Below, piece by piece: positions 35,584-44,025 of a stretch of DNA of 64,000 nt (positions within the stretch are counted from its first letter, which is position 1; the number at the start of each line of letters is the position of its first letter). The position numbers and the translations under genes were made by a program. The stretch is from a virus (Duplodnaviria; Caudoviricetes): IMG/VR virus record IMGVR_UViG_3300028533_000484, positions 64,001 to 128,000 of that record, one strand, 5' to 3'. The notes under the pieces are model-generated. The model searched no databases, was not told where the DNA came from, and was given only the letters and a program-made list of their open reading frames with translations.

Positions 35584-35856
35584 CAAGAAAACCTATTGAT
35601 CTTTAGTCAATAGGATGAATTGCAACTCTATATTTAAAGATGATTGAAATCCAAGTTAGACACAGGGATCGATAAATTCGGTGCAAATCATAAAACTTAG
35701 CTAGACATAGCTCTAGCATAGTACCCAGGGGACCTGGGGAAATTATAAATGCCTGTGGAGAACCACGAAGTTCTATGAAGCAGGAAATTTCCGTAGCATC
35801 GCTGAAAACAGTGTAAATACGGAAGCTGATGGATCTTCAGTCCATCGGTGGTTCAC
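35584..35856 (+). mobile_element. non-autonomous IS200/IS605-family remnant (both end hairpins plus omegaRNA-like segment, no transposase/TnpB ORF)
   Basis: Left CCTATTGA-TCTTTAG-TCAATAGG; right CTGATGGA-TCTTCAG-TCCATCGG...GTTCAC; GCCTGTGGAG...TGAAGCAGGAA. Confidence 0.7.
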
Positions 35857-35938
35857 CTTTAACAAAATGGCCAGGGAGCCCTAACGGATGCTGGGCGGCT
35901 TAATGATGTTACTGAATGGTGGTAACCCATTTTGTTTA

Positions 35939-36111
35939 TAAAGAATGTATACCTCTATTGCTACGAGTCTATGGAATTCCTCGTTGAAATAAAAAAGCAA
36001 TACTTGGGGGAGCGTTGTGAGTTCGATGAAGGTTAACTCTCTCTGAACCGATGAAGGAAGGATTCGGGAGATTTGACTAGCAGATAGCAATCTAGTCTTA
36101 ATTCCTTTACA
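35939..36111 (+). ncRNA. duplicated ~175-nt structured RNA, copy B
   Basis: See copy A. Confidence 0.65.
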
Positions 36112-36145
36112 TGAACAGTATAAGTTCTAAAAACCGTTGGATAGT

Positions 36146-36397
36146 TTAGGTAGCGTGAGTACCTAAGAGTACTTGGGGAAAAGAAGTATGAGCTCAAGGA
36201 TTGGCTGGTATGAAAAATTACCGAGACATCAGATAACTATGGAGCTTGCAGGCCATAGTTACCATAAAGGCCAAAATAAAGGTTATCCTGTGATGAATAG
36301 GAGTAGAAAGTTTTACCAAATGCAAGCTTGTTGAATTGACAACCAATAGACTTATCTTGACTGAAGCATAGCTTGAAAAAGTTGACTTTGGATAAGT
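36146..36397 (+). ncRNA. candidate multi-hairpin ncRNA with pseudoknot
   Basis: TTAGGTA/TACCTAA, TAACTATGG/CCATAGTTA with loop AGCTTGCA pairing TGCAAGCT, ACTTATC/GATAAGT. Confidence 0.5.
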
Positions 36398-36492
36398 ACA
36401 AGAAAAACTTCGGAATTTTTTTTGTGGAGGAAAAAAAATTATCCTCCCAGAGCTATTCTAACCTTAAATAGCTCTCGTCTTTTATCATTTGA

Positions 36493-36531
36493 CCCTCTAT
36501 AACGAGTAATGTCGGTAGAGGGTATTTTTTT
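36493..36531 (+). terminator. terminator closing the RNA island
   Basis: ACCCTCTAT...GTAGAGGGT followed by ATTTTTTT. Confidence 0.7.
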
Positions 36532-36589
36532 GGAAAAAGTACCACTTGAAAAACTCTACTATATTGAACTTTGTTAAGGAGATTAGTAA

Positions 36590-36883
36590 ATGTTTAATTT
36601 ATTATTAACTGCAGCAGTATCTACTTTCCTAGCTGTAGGATTAGTAGATGTGATCAAAGTGTTTCTTCCAGAAACTACAAAAGCACAAGTAAAAGCAATT
36701 GTAGCAATTCTTGTAGAATTAGCAATCTCAATCTTTACCGGATTGATAGGTGGTTTGACAGTTGTTCAATTAATTTTTGTAGTAATTGCAACTGTTGCGG
36801 CTTCGCAGATTTTCTACAACGATATTCTTAAATTGTTTACAAGTTTGATCTCATTCATCAAATCGAAAATTTCTAAAAAATAG
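36590..36883 (+). CDS. holin-like membrane protein
   Basis: Three hydrophobic helices, basic C-terminus, AGGAG RBS. Confidence 0.55.
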   Translation: MFNLLLTAAVSTFLAVGLVDVIKVFLPETTKAQVKAIVAILVELAISIFTGLIGGLTVVQLIFVVIATVAASQIFYNDILKLFTSLISFIKSKISKK

Positions 36884-36988
36884 GGATTGAAAGCTTTAAA
36901 GGTACCTATTAGGTACCTTTTTCTATGTGCGGAAACACTTCAAAAGAAAAAGATATATTCAAAAAGTTTTCCTTACTATAATACTGTT

Positions 36989-37537
36989 ATGTTTTTTAAG
37001 AAGAAAAAGAAAATTGAAACAAGATCCTTTTTAAAGGATTTAGAAAAGAAGTTGACAGAGATGCTGCATTGTACCGGTTGTGTACCATATTTTATGGAAA
37101 CTGGAGGTACAGCCAGAAAAAGCATTTTTAAGTTTGAAGTCGATGAATATCTAATAGAGTTGGAAGGACAGCAATCTAGTCTTTTCTCTGAAGGTTACTT
37201 TAGCTTAGGTGTTTGGTTTTCGAATGGAGAACGCTACTCTATTAGAACTCATAGTTTAAGTAAAGATCATTGTAGTACTGTTTTCTGGGGTTGGGATGAA
37301 AAAGGTATAGCTCGCTTTAGAGAGACAGATATTTCCGGATGCGAGCTATATGAAGATTCTGCTAAAGCAGCTGCTGAAAATGTTATTAAGTCTCATATGA
37401 ACGATATGATAACAGCTGTTGAAGATGTCATCAAAAATTACAAAGAGTATCAATCTAATAAAGAAGCTACGTTTAAGAAACAATTAAATACTATTGGCAT
37501 CGACTGTGAAGCACTGGTTGAGGAGGAAGAAGATTGA
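36989..37537 (+). CDS. hypothetical protein (start moved from 36887; probably leaderless)
   Basis: CTATAAT 6 nt before ATG 36989. Confidence 0.65.
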   Translation: MFFKKKKKIETRSFLKDLEKKLTEMLHCTGCVPYFMETGGTARKSIFKFEVDEYLIELEGQQSSLFSEGYFSLGVWFSNGERYSIRTHSLSKDHCSTVFWGWDEKGIARFRETDISGCELYEDSAKAAAENVIKSHMNDMITAVEDVIKNYKEYQSNKEATFKKQLNTIGIDCEALVEEEED

Positions 37538-38106
37538 AGACTTTGATTTGTGGACCAATGTATTCTGGAAAATCGACAGCTCTTTTTCAAAGGTTAGAAA
37601 GATGTTTATTTGCCAAAAAGAAAGTATTGTTGATAAGACCTAAAAAGGATGATAGAGGTTACTTTACTCATTCAGGAGGAGTTGACCTTAAAAAGCTTGA
37701 GGAGAATTTTAAAGAGCTCTTTTACATAGAAGAAGTAGAAGATATCAAAACAGGTTTTCTAAATTGGATTCTACATGAAAAGTTTGAAGCAGTTTTTGTA
37801 GATGAATATTTTATGATTCCAGATTCACATAGGCTTTGTTATCAAAATGAATACGATGTTTATTTTGGAGGACTTCTTGCAACTTCTGAATGTGAACTGT
37901 TCGCAGAAACTATTAAAATCCTTCCTTACTGTGATAAAATCAAAAAATTAAATGCTGTATGTATGTATTGTGGTTCTGAATTAGGTTCTTATTCTTTTGC
38001 TGATTTTGAAAAGACTACTGAAGTAGTTGTAGGAGATACAAAGTATCGATGTTTGTGTCAAAAGTGTTATGAAAAAGCTTTAAAAAGTAGATCAACTAAA
38101 CAATAA
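37534..38106 (+). CDS. tdk: thymidine kinase (TK1-like)
   Basis: GPMYSGKST, VDE, CMYC...CQKC. Confidence 0.88.
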   Translation: MKTLICGPMYSGKSTALFQRLERCLFAKKKVLLIRPKKDDRGYFTHSGGVDLKKLEENFKELFYIEEVEDIKTGFLNWILHEKFEAVFVDEYFMIPDSHRLCYQNEYDVYFGGLLATSECELFAETIKILPYCDKIKKLNAVCMYCGSELGSYSFADFEKTTEVVVGDTKYRCLCQKCYEKALKSRSTKQ

Positions 38107-38125
38107 TCTGTAATTGTTAAAAATA

Positions 38126-38153
38126 AAAAAAGGGACTTTAAAGTCCCTTTTTT
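38126..38153. terminator. bidirectional terminator
   Basis: AAAAAAGGGACTTTAAAGTCCCTTTTTT palindrome. Confidence 0.8.
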
Positions 38154-38158
38154 AATCC

Positions 38159-38923
38159 TTATTTTGAAAAACGTCTTCTAAAGTATCTCAAAATGATTTT
38201 TTCTTGATTAGTTCGAAGCCAGGCTATCAACTCTTCTGGTCTTTGGAAAGTGTTTGGCGCTTCTAAGACAATATAATCCGATATGCAGTATTGTTTACCA
38301 CTTAAAGGACTTTCTCCTCTTACTTTGTAAACATAAACATCTGTGATTCTTCCATCTACTTCATAAGCGTATGAAGGAATCTTATGTGCTTTGTTATAAG
38401 GAACTAAAGTCTTTTTAACTTTCTCTACAAAGAGAGGCTCACCAAGAACTCTCTTACGAAGTCTTGAGAATGGGTCAGGATCCTCTACAACATAGTGAAC
38501 ATTAACTCTTAACTTAGGATGCTCTTTATTATATTTAGCATCTCTGTTATTAACATAGTTATCCCATATAGTTGATATAGTTCTTTTTCTCCAAGATCCT
38601 AATAAAGAAACTGGGGGTATGCCAAACAAGACTTTATCAAAGTCTTTGCGGATTGAAGATAAGTCTTCTCTCCAATAAGCACCGCCATCAGATGACCAAC
38701 ACCATTTGTCTGCAAATTGTAAAGATCTATCAACTTTGTTCATTACAATTTTTTCACAAGGCTCTTCATAAGGAAAATCCTCTAAATCTGTACCAAGTTT
38801 TTCCTGAGCTTTTAATAAAGCTCTAACTTTAGCTCTTTCTTCTCTGTGGTACAAAGTTCTGTCTTTCTTATCAGTACCGCTGCAATAAGCGTATGCACCA
38901 ACTTTTCTGTAACTTCTACTCAT
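38159..38923 (-). CDS. basic hypothetical protein (MSRSYRK N-terminus)
   Basis: 254-aa ORF; AGGAG RBS lies inside a hairpin. Confidence 0.75.
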   Translation of the reverse strand: MSRSYRKVGAYAYCSGTDKKDRTLYHREERAKVRALLKAQEKLGTDLEDFPYEEPCEKIVMNKVDRSLQFADKWCWSSDGGAYWREDLSSIRKDFDKVLFGIPPVSLLGSWRKRTISTIWDNYVNNRDAKYNKEHPKLRVNVHYVVEDPDPFSRLRKRVLGEPLFVEKVKKTLVPYNKAHKIPSYAYEVDGRITDVYVYKVRGESPLSGKQYCISDYIVLEAPNTFQRPEELIAWLRTNQEKIILRYFRRRFSK

Positions 38924-38981
38924 TCGTTTCTCCTAAGTTTTTAATAAACTTAGAAAACTGCAAACTTCATCTCAAGCCCTC

Positions 38982-39119
38982 CTACAAGAACGAAAACAAA
39001 AACGATATAGCAGCAAAAGCAATTGTAATAAAAGCTACTGCTGTTGTAGTCTTTGCTATATAGTAGCGAAGATTAATTAACTTCATCTCCTCTTCAAACT
39101 GCTTCTTTAAATCATCCAT
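38982..39119 (-). CDS. 45-aa membrane protein (not in ORF track)
   Basis: MDDLKKQFEEEMKL...AVAFITIAFAAISFLFSFL. Confidence 0.5.
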   Translation of the reverse strand: MDDLKKQFEEEMKLINLRYYIAKTTTAVAFITIAFAAISFLFSFL

Positions 39120-39157
39120 TTTACTCAATTTATGCCAACTCCCTTATCTATAGTTAG

Positions 39158-39604
39158 TCATTTATTAGCAAATGAAATTACAAAAGTTCCTTTTCTATCC
39201 TCAAAGCCTAGTTTCTTATAGAATCCTATAGACTTTTCAACTGGCGATAAAGCTAAATACTTTTTATTAGAGACTGCTTCTCGCATAAATAAGTTTAAAG
39301 CAGCTTCTCCAAAACCAAGACCTTTCAAATGTTTTCCAACTTCAAAAGAATCTAACCAAACAGACTTCGTTTCAACTGTATCACCTATTTGGGTAAACTT
39401 ATTAGCCGAATACGCTAACAGTGCAACAGTTGTTTCTTCTTCTCTAAACTTACGAACAACTGCACACCAATTAACTTTTTTCTGATGCAGCTGTAACAGT
39501 CTTGATCTTGTAAAATCAAATGTTTTCTGAAGATCGTTTCTCAAAAAGAAATCCAAAAATTCAGAATAATCTCTAAAGTTGATTAAACTAAGGTCACCTT
39601 TCAT
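39158..39604 (-). CDS. GNAT-family acetyltransferase
   Basis: FEV...KGLGFG...IGFYKKLGF. Confidence 0.8.
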   Translation of the reverse strand: MKGDLSLINFRDYSEFLDFFLRNDLQKTFDFTRSRLLQLHQKKVNWCAVVRKFREEETTVALLAYSANKFTQIGDTVETKSVWLDSFEVGKHLKGLGFGEAALNLFMREAVSNKKYLALSPVEKSIGFYKKLGFEDRKGTFVISFANK

Positions 39605-39956
39605 CTCTCAACTCCTTTACTGTAGAATGTATCAACTCACTATAAGCAATCTCGGGTTCAGGATTCTTTGAAGAATATACTTTCAAAACTTCTCTATCCG
39701 GTAACAGATTATCCGGTACAGATACTAAATTATATGCTGCCAATGCTTCATCAGAAACAACGGCCTTTAATTTATCAAAAGTTGTTTGATTCATAACATA
39801 TTTAATATTGTATTCAGATTCATCAAGCTTGTTAAGCCAAGTGATTACAGGTAACTCTGGAAACAGTTTTTTAAGCCTTCGATTGAGTCTAATTTCCCGA
39901 ATTTTCTGAATTTTATCTTTTATCTTTTTAAATATCTTTATCACTTTGATCCTCAA
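39594..39956 (-). CDS. hypothetical protein
   Basis: ORF in minus-strand run. Confidence 0.6.
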   Translation of the reverse strand: MRIKVIKIFKKIKDKIQKIREIRLNRRLKKLFPELPVITWLNKLDESEYNIKYVMNQTTFDKLKAVVSDEALAAYNLVSVPDNLLPDREVLKVYSSKNPEPEIAYSELIHSTVKELRDER

Positions 39957-40077
39957 CCTTTTTCCTGTTTTGTAAAAGTTTTATAATCTCAACTTTCTGC
40001 TTCAAAATTTTTATTTGAACAGGAAACGAACATCATTAAAATCGTTAATATAAAAACAATCTTTTTCATTGCTATCC

Positions 40078-40350
40078 TCACTCAATCTTGTCTATACCTG
40101 GGATAGAAAATATATCATCACTTTCAACTGCATAACTAACGCTATCAGGATATCTGCAATTGGGATATCTATAAATTGAAAAATCCATTTTCCAACCAAA
40201 CTTTGCTTTCATGAACTCGTAAGCAGCTTTTAACTCTCGAGCCTCTTCAAGATTATCAAGCATGCCACCTAAACGAGACTCTTTGTATGCTTCATCAAAA
40301 TTCGAAATGTCAAAACCAAACATAACTTTGAAAGCTTCATTAAAATCCAT
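40078..40350 (-). CDS. hypothetical protein
   Basis: AGGAGG RBS. Confidence 0.7.
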   Translation of the reverse strand: MDFNEAFKVMFGFDISNFDEAYKESRLGGMLDNLEEARELKAAYEFMKAKFGWKMDFSIYRYPNCRYPDSVSYAVESDDIFSIPGIDKIE

Positions 40351-40386
40351 AACTATCCTCCTATGCTAACATCCTAAGTATAGTTT

Positions 40387-40578
40387 TTAAATTCCATAAT
40401 AAATAAAATCTTCATCTATATAACCTTTCACAACCGGGTTAACACTTTCAAATCTAGAACTATTAAGTGCTGTTTTTCTAGCCTTCATTGCTTCTTCAAG
40501 AGACTCGTAACATGTTGATTGTTCAACTTCACCATTAATCAATTTTTGTAGAAAGAAATATACTTCCTTCATGAGCAT
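40387..40578 (-). CDS. hypothetical protein
   Basis: AGGAG RBS. Confidence 0.6.
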   Translation of the reverse strand: MLMKEVYFFLQKLINGEVEQSTCYESLEEAMKARKTALNSSRFESVNPVVKGYIDEDFIYYGI

Positions 40579-40954
40579 CTCCTTTCATGTATGTTTTTAC
40601 AATAATCGTACTGTCGTTCTGATCATATTCTCTCAAAACTTCATACCCTCTTGAATCTTTGCAATGAGTTAATCTACTATTTACATCGTACTCTTTCCAA
40701 AAGTTATATCCTTTTGAATCCTTATGATGAATTAATCTATCTTTCGAGTCATACTCTTTCCAAAACTCATAGCCATTTGAGTCCTTGTGGTGAACCATAT
40801 TACCTCTTTCGTCATATTCATACCACCACTCATCTCCACTAGAATTTTTGTAGTGTAGTAATCTATTGTTAGAGTCATACCAATATTCAAATCCGCTTGA
40901 ATCTCTACGGTAAACTAAATTACTATTCTCATCATATTTTTTAATTTCTTCCAT
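40535..40954 (-). CDS. YD-like tandem repeat protein
   Basis: ~22-aa repeats EYDxxGxxxHxKDSxGYEFW. Confidence 0.75.
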   Translation of the reverse strand: MEEIKKYDENSNLVYRRDSSGFEYWYDSNNRLLHYKNSSGDEWWYEYDERGNMVHHKDSNGYEFWKEYDSKDRLIHHKDSKGYNFWKEYDVNSRLTHCKDSRGYEVLREYDQNDSTIIVKTYMKGDAHEGSIFLSTKID

Positions 40955-40955
40955 G

Positions 40956-41429
40956 TTAGTACCACTCCTCGTTTCCGTTTGAATCTTTATAATGTACTAC
41001 TTTACCTTCGGAATCATAATCTTGCCACAACTCGTACTTATCCGAGTTTCTATAATGAATTTCATTTCCATTTTCATCATACTCTCTCCAAGATTCAAAA
41101 CCTTTGGCATCTTTGAAGTAAATTTCATTACCCTGTTCATCATATTCTCGCCAACAACTACATCCATCTGAATCTTTGTAATAAATTTCGTTGTGTTTTA
41201 AATCAAAGTATCTCCAAATCTCAAAACCATCTGGATTTCTGTAATGCATGCAACTAATACAGTTACTGTTAGGATAGTATTCTCTCCAAATTTCAAGTCC
41301 GTTGGAATTCTTGAAATAAATTTCTCTACTATTTGCATCATATTCATACCAATACTCCCAGCCCTCTGAATCTTTATAGTAAGTTAAATTACCAAGTTTA
41401 TCGTACTTATCATAGTTGTCCATACACAC
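40956..41429 (-). CDS. YD-like tandem repeat protein
   Basis: ~22-aa repeats EYDxNGNEIYFKxSxGxExWR. Confidence 0.75.
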   Translation of the reverse strand: MCMDNYDKYDKLGNLTYYKDSEGWEYWYEYDANSREIYFKNSNGLEIWREYYPNSNCISCMHYRNPDGFEIWRYFDLKHNEIYYKDSDGCSCWREYDEQGNEIYFKDAKGFESWREYDENGNEIHYRNSDKYELWQDYDSEGKVVHYKDSNGNEEWY

Positions 41430-41611
41430 ATCTCAGTTAAATTATAGCTAAAGGATTAATGCTTAAAATATCCTTTTATCAAACTTCTTCTTCATCTAAG
41501 CGCTTATTAACATTTTTAAATATTTCTTCATATAGCTTATAGACTTCTCCAGCACCGAAAAACACTATGAAGAATGGTGCTGTTATCAACAATAAAATAA
41601 TCAAACACACA

Positions 41612-41995
41612 TTAGCTAGCATCCTCATCGTCGACCTCCTGATTAGCTGCATCTTTTAAAGCCTGAAGATTCTTAATACGGTCTGCAGTGCTTGCAATTT
41701 TAGTATCGACTGATGCTGATAAAGTCTCTAAAACTCCGCAAGGCGAACCATCAATAAAAGTGTATTCATTTAAAAGATCTTGCATTGTAAAATTTGCTCT
41801 AGGTAAAAGTACTATATTTTCTCCATAACCTATTATCATTTCTCTAATACCAGAATCTTTATTTATAACCCAAATTGATGGCATCTCTATTGAAAGATTA
41901 AAATCATACTCTTCGTAAAATCTGCGAGCTTTTCTCCATATTCTTCTAAAATGTTTGATAAATTCGTTACAATTTTTAAAAGGTCTGTATTCCAT
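41612..41995 (-). CDS. hypothetical protein (YRPF N-terminus)
   Basis: GAGGT RBS. Confidence 0.7.
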   Translation of the reverse strand: MEYRPFKNCNEFIKHFRRIWRKARRFYEEYDFNLSIEMPSIWVINKDSGIREMIIGYGENIVLLPRANFTMQDLLNEYTFIDGSPCGVLETLSASVDTKIASTADRIKNLQALKDAANQEVDDEDAS

Positions 41996-42005
41996 CTATG
42001 CACCT

Positions 42006-42293
42006 CTAAATAAATTCTGTAGGATTCTCAAGCAATTCTTTTATAGTTTGCCAATCAATATATTCTACGTTTTCCTTCTGGGCATAGTTCCAAATGTTTG
42101 AAATAGATGTTTCCCAATCTTCTATTTTAGAAAGCTCAGGATCATTAGCAACTTTAAAATAGATATCATCAAAAGTATATAAGATTGTATCTTGTTCAGA
42201 TTCAACTTGTTCTGCGTCTTTGCAATTTGGTGTTAGTCCAAAAGCAAAACCTGTAATTAATGTGATTAAGATTGCTGTTATAAGCTTTTTCAT
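42006..42293 (-). CDS. hypothetical exported protein
   Basis: Signal-peptide-like MKKLITAILITLITGFAFG; AGGAG RBS. Confidence 0.7.
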   Translation of the reverse strand: MKKLITAILITLITGFAFGLTPNCKDAEQVESEQDTILYTFDDIYFKVANDPELSKIEDWETSISNIWNYAQKENVEYIDWQTIKELLENPTEFI

Positions 42294-42427
42294 TTTTGTT
42301 TTCTCCTTTTCTAGAAAACGTCCTTGTTATAAATTTTTCAATTCCTATTATCCAATAATATAGGTGTAAACTAGACTCTATATTCTAAAAAAGTCATACT
42401 AATTTTAATTATTAGGAGACCTAAAGA

Positions 42428-43657
42428 ATGAGAATGAAACTAAGAGAAGGAGAATTATCAATATCTAAAGCTCGCCAGATGACAGCACAAAACGGTTTTG
42501 CATTTGAAGCAAATTCTCCAGCTGAATTGAAACAATGTCTTGAGTTAATGAAAAGACAATTACGGGATATGGAAACTCACAGAGAGCAATATGAAGTAGC
42601 ATTAAGAGATGGTTTCGTTATTGCTGGCTTTGGTGGCAACTTACAAGGTATCGATGTACCAGAAACATTAATGACTGGAAAAGTACCTGCAAATATGACT
42701 CCCGAACAAGCATTTGATGAAGTTATAGATTTCATGAGAAAAACTATAAAAGAAGCTTCAAAAGCTTTGTTAAACAATCCTACTAAATCAGCATCAACAT
42801 TACCAAAAAGACCAACAAGGTATCTTGAAACAAAAAAGAAGTACGGTACAGTAAAAGAGCTTTTCGAAACAGAAACAGGTATTGAACTTTATCCAAAAGA
42901 TGGAACCTTAAAAGCAACAGCTATTACAGATAAGGTTGTATCAAACAAAACAAAAAACAAATTAAGTGATTTGAAAACAGTAACATCTACAGAGAACTTA
43001 AAACCTGTTCAGTTGAAGCAAACAAAACAAGTTGTAAAGGCTTTAAAAGCAAAAGGAAAATTAACAGATATCTCGAAAGATTATGATATTGAGCCTCGAC
43101 CAGATATTCAGTTTAAAGCTGATGGTAGTGCTTTAATTACACCTGACAATGGTAAAGCATCATTCATTATAACTGATAGCGAACTTGAAAAGTTTCAAGA
43201 ATCAGAAGCATTTGTAGATCCAACAACAGCAAAAATTCTTCGAAAAGCTATTCGTATGACAAAAGGTAGATCTTCAGGAGAATTGTCAATTGGTGACGAG
43301 TTGCAAATAACTTTAAGTCGACTTAGAGCTAGTGCAGTCGATCCTATAGAGGATTCTACTTACGAAAACTTGTGCTTGAATTTAGAACCTAGTGAAGTTG
43401 AAGCACTTGCTAGATCTGTAGATCCAAAAGGTGTTCAAGAACTTGTTGCTGAAATTTCAGGACCAGAGCAAAAGTTTGAAACATTCCTTATTAACATTGG
43501 ATGTACTTTCTCGAAAAGCGATAGAGGTTATGTTATTCAATCTAACGATATTGAAAGTGCTTGGGATCAGGTAAATACATATATTATGAAAAACGACCTT
43601 TATATGGATACTTGTGAGTACGAACCTGTTGAAGGTAGATTCTTTGTAATAGTTTAG
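42428..43657 (+). CDS. hypothetical late protein
   Basis: ACTAAT plus AGGAG upstream; MRMKLRE start. Confidence 0.75.
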   Translation: MRMKLREGELSISKARQMTAQNGFAFEANSPAELKQCLELMKRQLRDMETHREQYEVALRDGFVIAGFGGNLQGIDVPETLMTGKVPANMTPEQAFDEVIDFMRKTIKEASKALLNNPTKSASTLPKRPTRYLETKKKYGTVKELFETETGIELYPKDGTLKATAITDKVVSNKTKNKLSDLKTVTSTENLKPVQLKQTKQVVKALKAKGKLTDISKDYDIEPRPDIQFKADGSALITPDNGKASFIITDSELEKFQESEAFVDPTTAKILRKAIRMTKGRSSGELSIGDELQITLSRLRASAVDPIEDSTYENLCLNLEPSEVEALARSVDPKGVQELVAEISGPEQKFETFLINIGCTFSKSDRGYVIQSNDIESAWDQVNTYIMKNDLYMDTCEYEPVEGRFFVIV

Positions 43658-43668
43658 GAGATTATAGA

Positions 43669-44016
43669 ATGAAAAATACATATTGGGAAGAAGAATTAGA
43701 CGATTACATCAAAAAGAATCTAACTGTAGAAGAAGCAGTAAGTCTATCAACTTTAGATTATAAGCTCCACGAAGAAGATTATCTTAGCTTTCTTGACGAT
43801 GTTCACAATGTTCTAAAAATGACTTGTGACAATGTAACAAGTGTTGCATATTTTGAAGATACAGAAGCTTTAGAAATGATTAGTAAACTTTCTGGACTTT
43901 ATTTCGACGGTGCAACTATTTACAGACTAAAAGATGGTTCGACAAAAGTTCTTGGTTGGAAGTGCGGAGAAGCTGGTAAAGATATTTCTGATTATCTTTT
44001 AAGTTATTATATATAG
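43669..44016 (+). CDS. hypothetical protein
   Basis: AGGAG RBS. Confidence 0.7.
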   Translation: MKNTYWEEELDDYIKKNLTVEEAVSLSTLDYKLHEEDYLSFLDDVHNVLKMTCDNVTSVAYFEDTEALEMISKLSGLYFDGATIYRLKDGSTKVLGWKCGEAGKDISDYLLSYYI

Positions 44017-44025
44017 GTAAGTTAA

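Noticed and set aside
29783-36090. ORF-track entries overlapping RNA genes (29783, 30308, 30697, 31473, 31706, 32060, 32864, 33121, 34507, 35881)
   Set aside because: They overlap clear tRNA cloverleafs, structured RNAs or real genes and lack RBSs
28300-36530. CRISPR array, tmRNA or RNase P RNA in the RNA island
   Set aside because: Repeats are not regularly spaced; no tag ORF with tmRNA ends and no RNase P P4 consensus recognised
40535-41429. Rhs toxin or DGR target
   Set aside because: No Rhs core or toxin domain, and no reverse transcriptase or template repeat in the window
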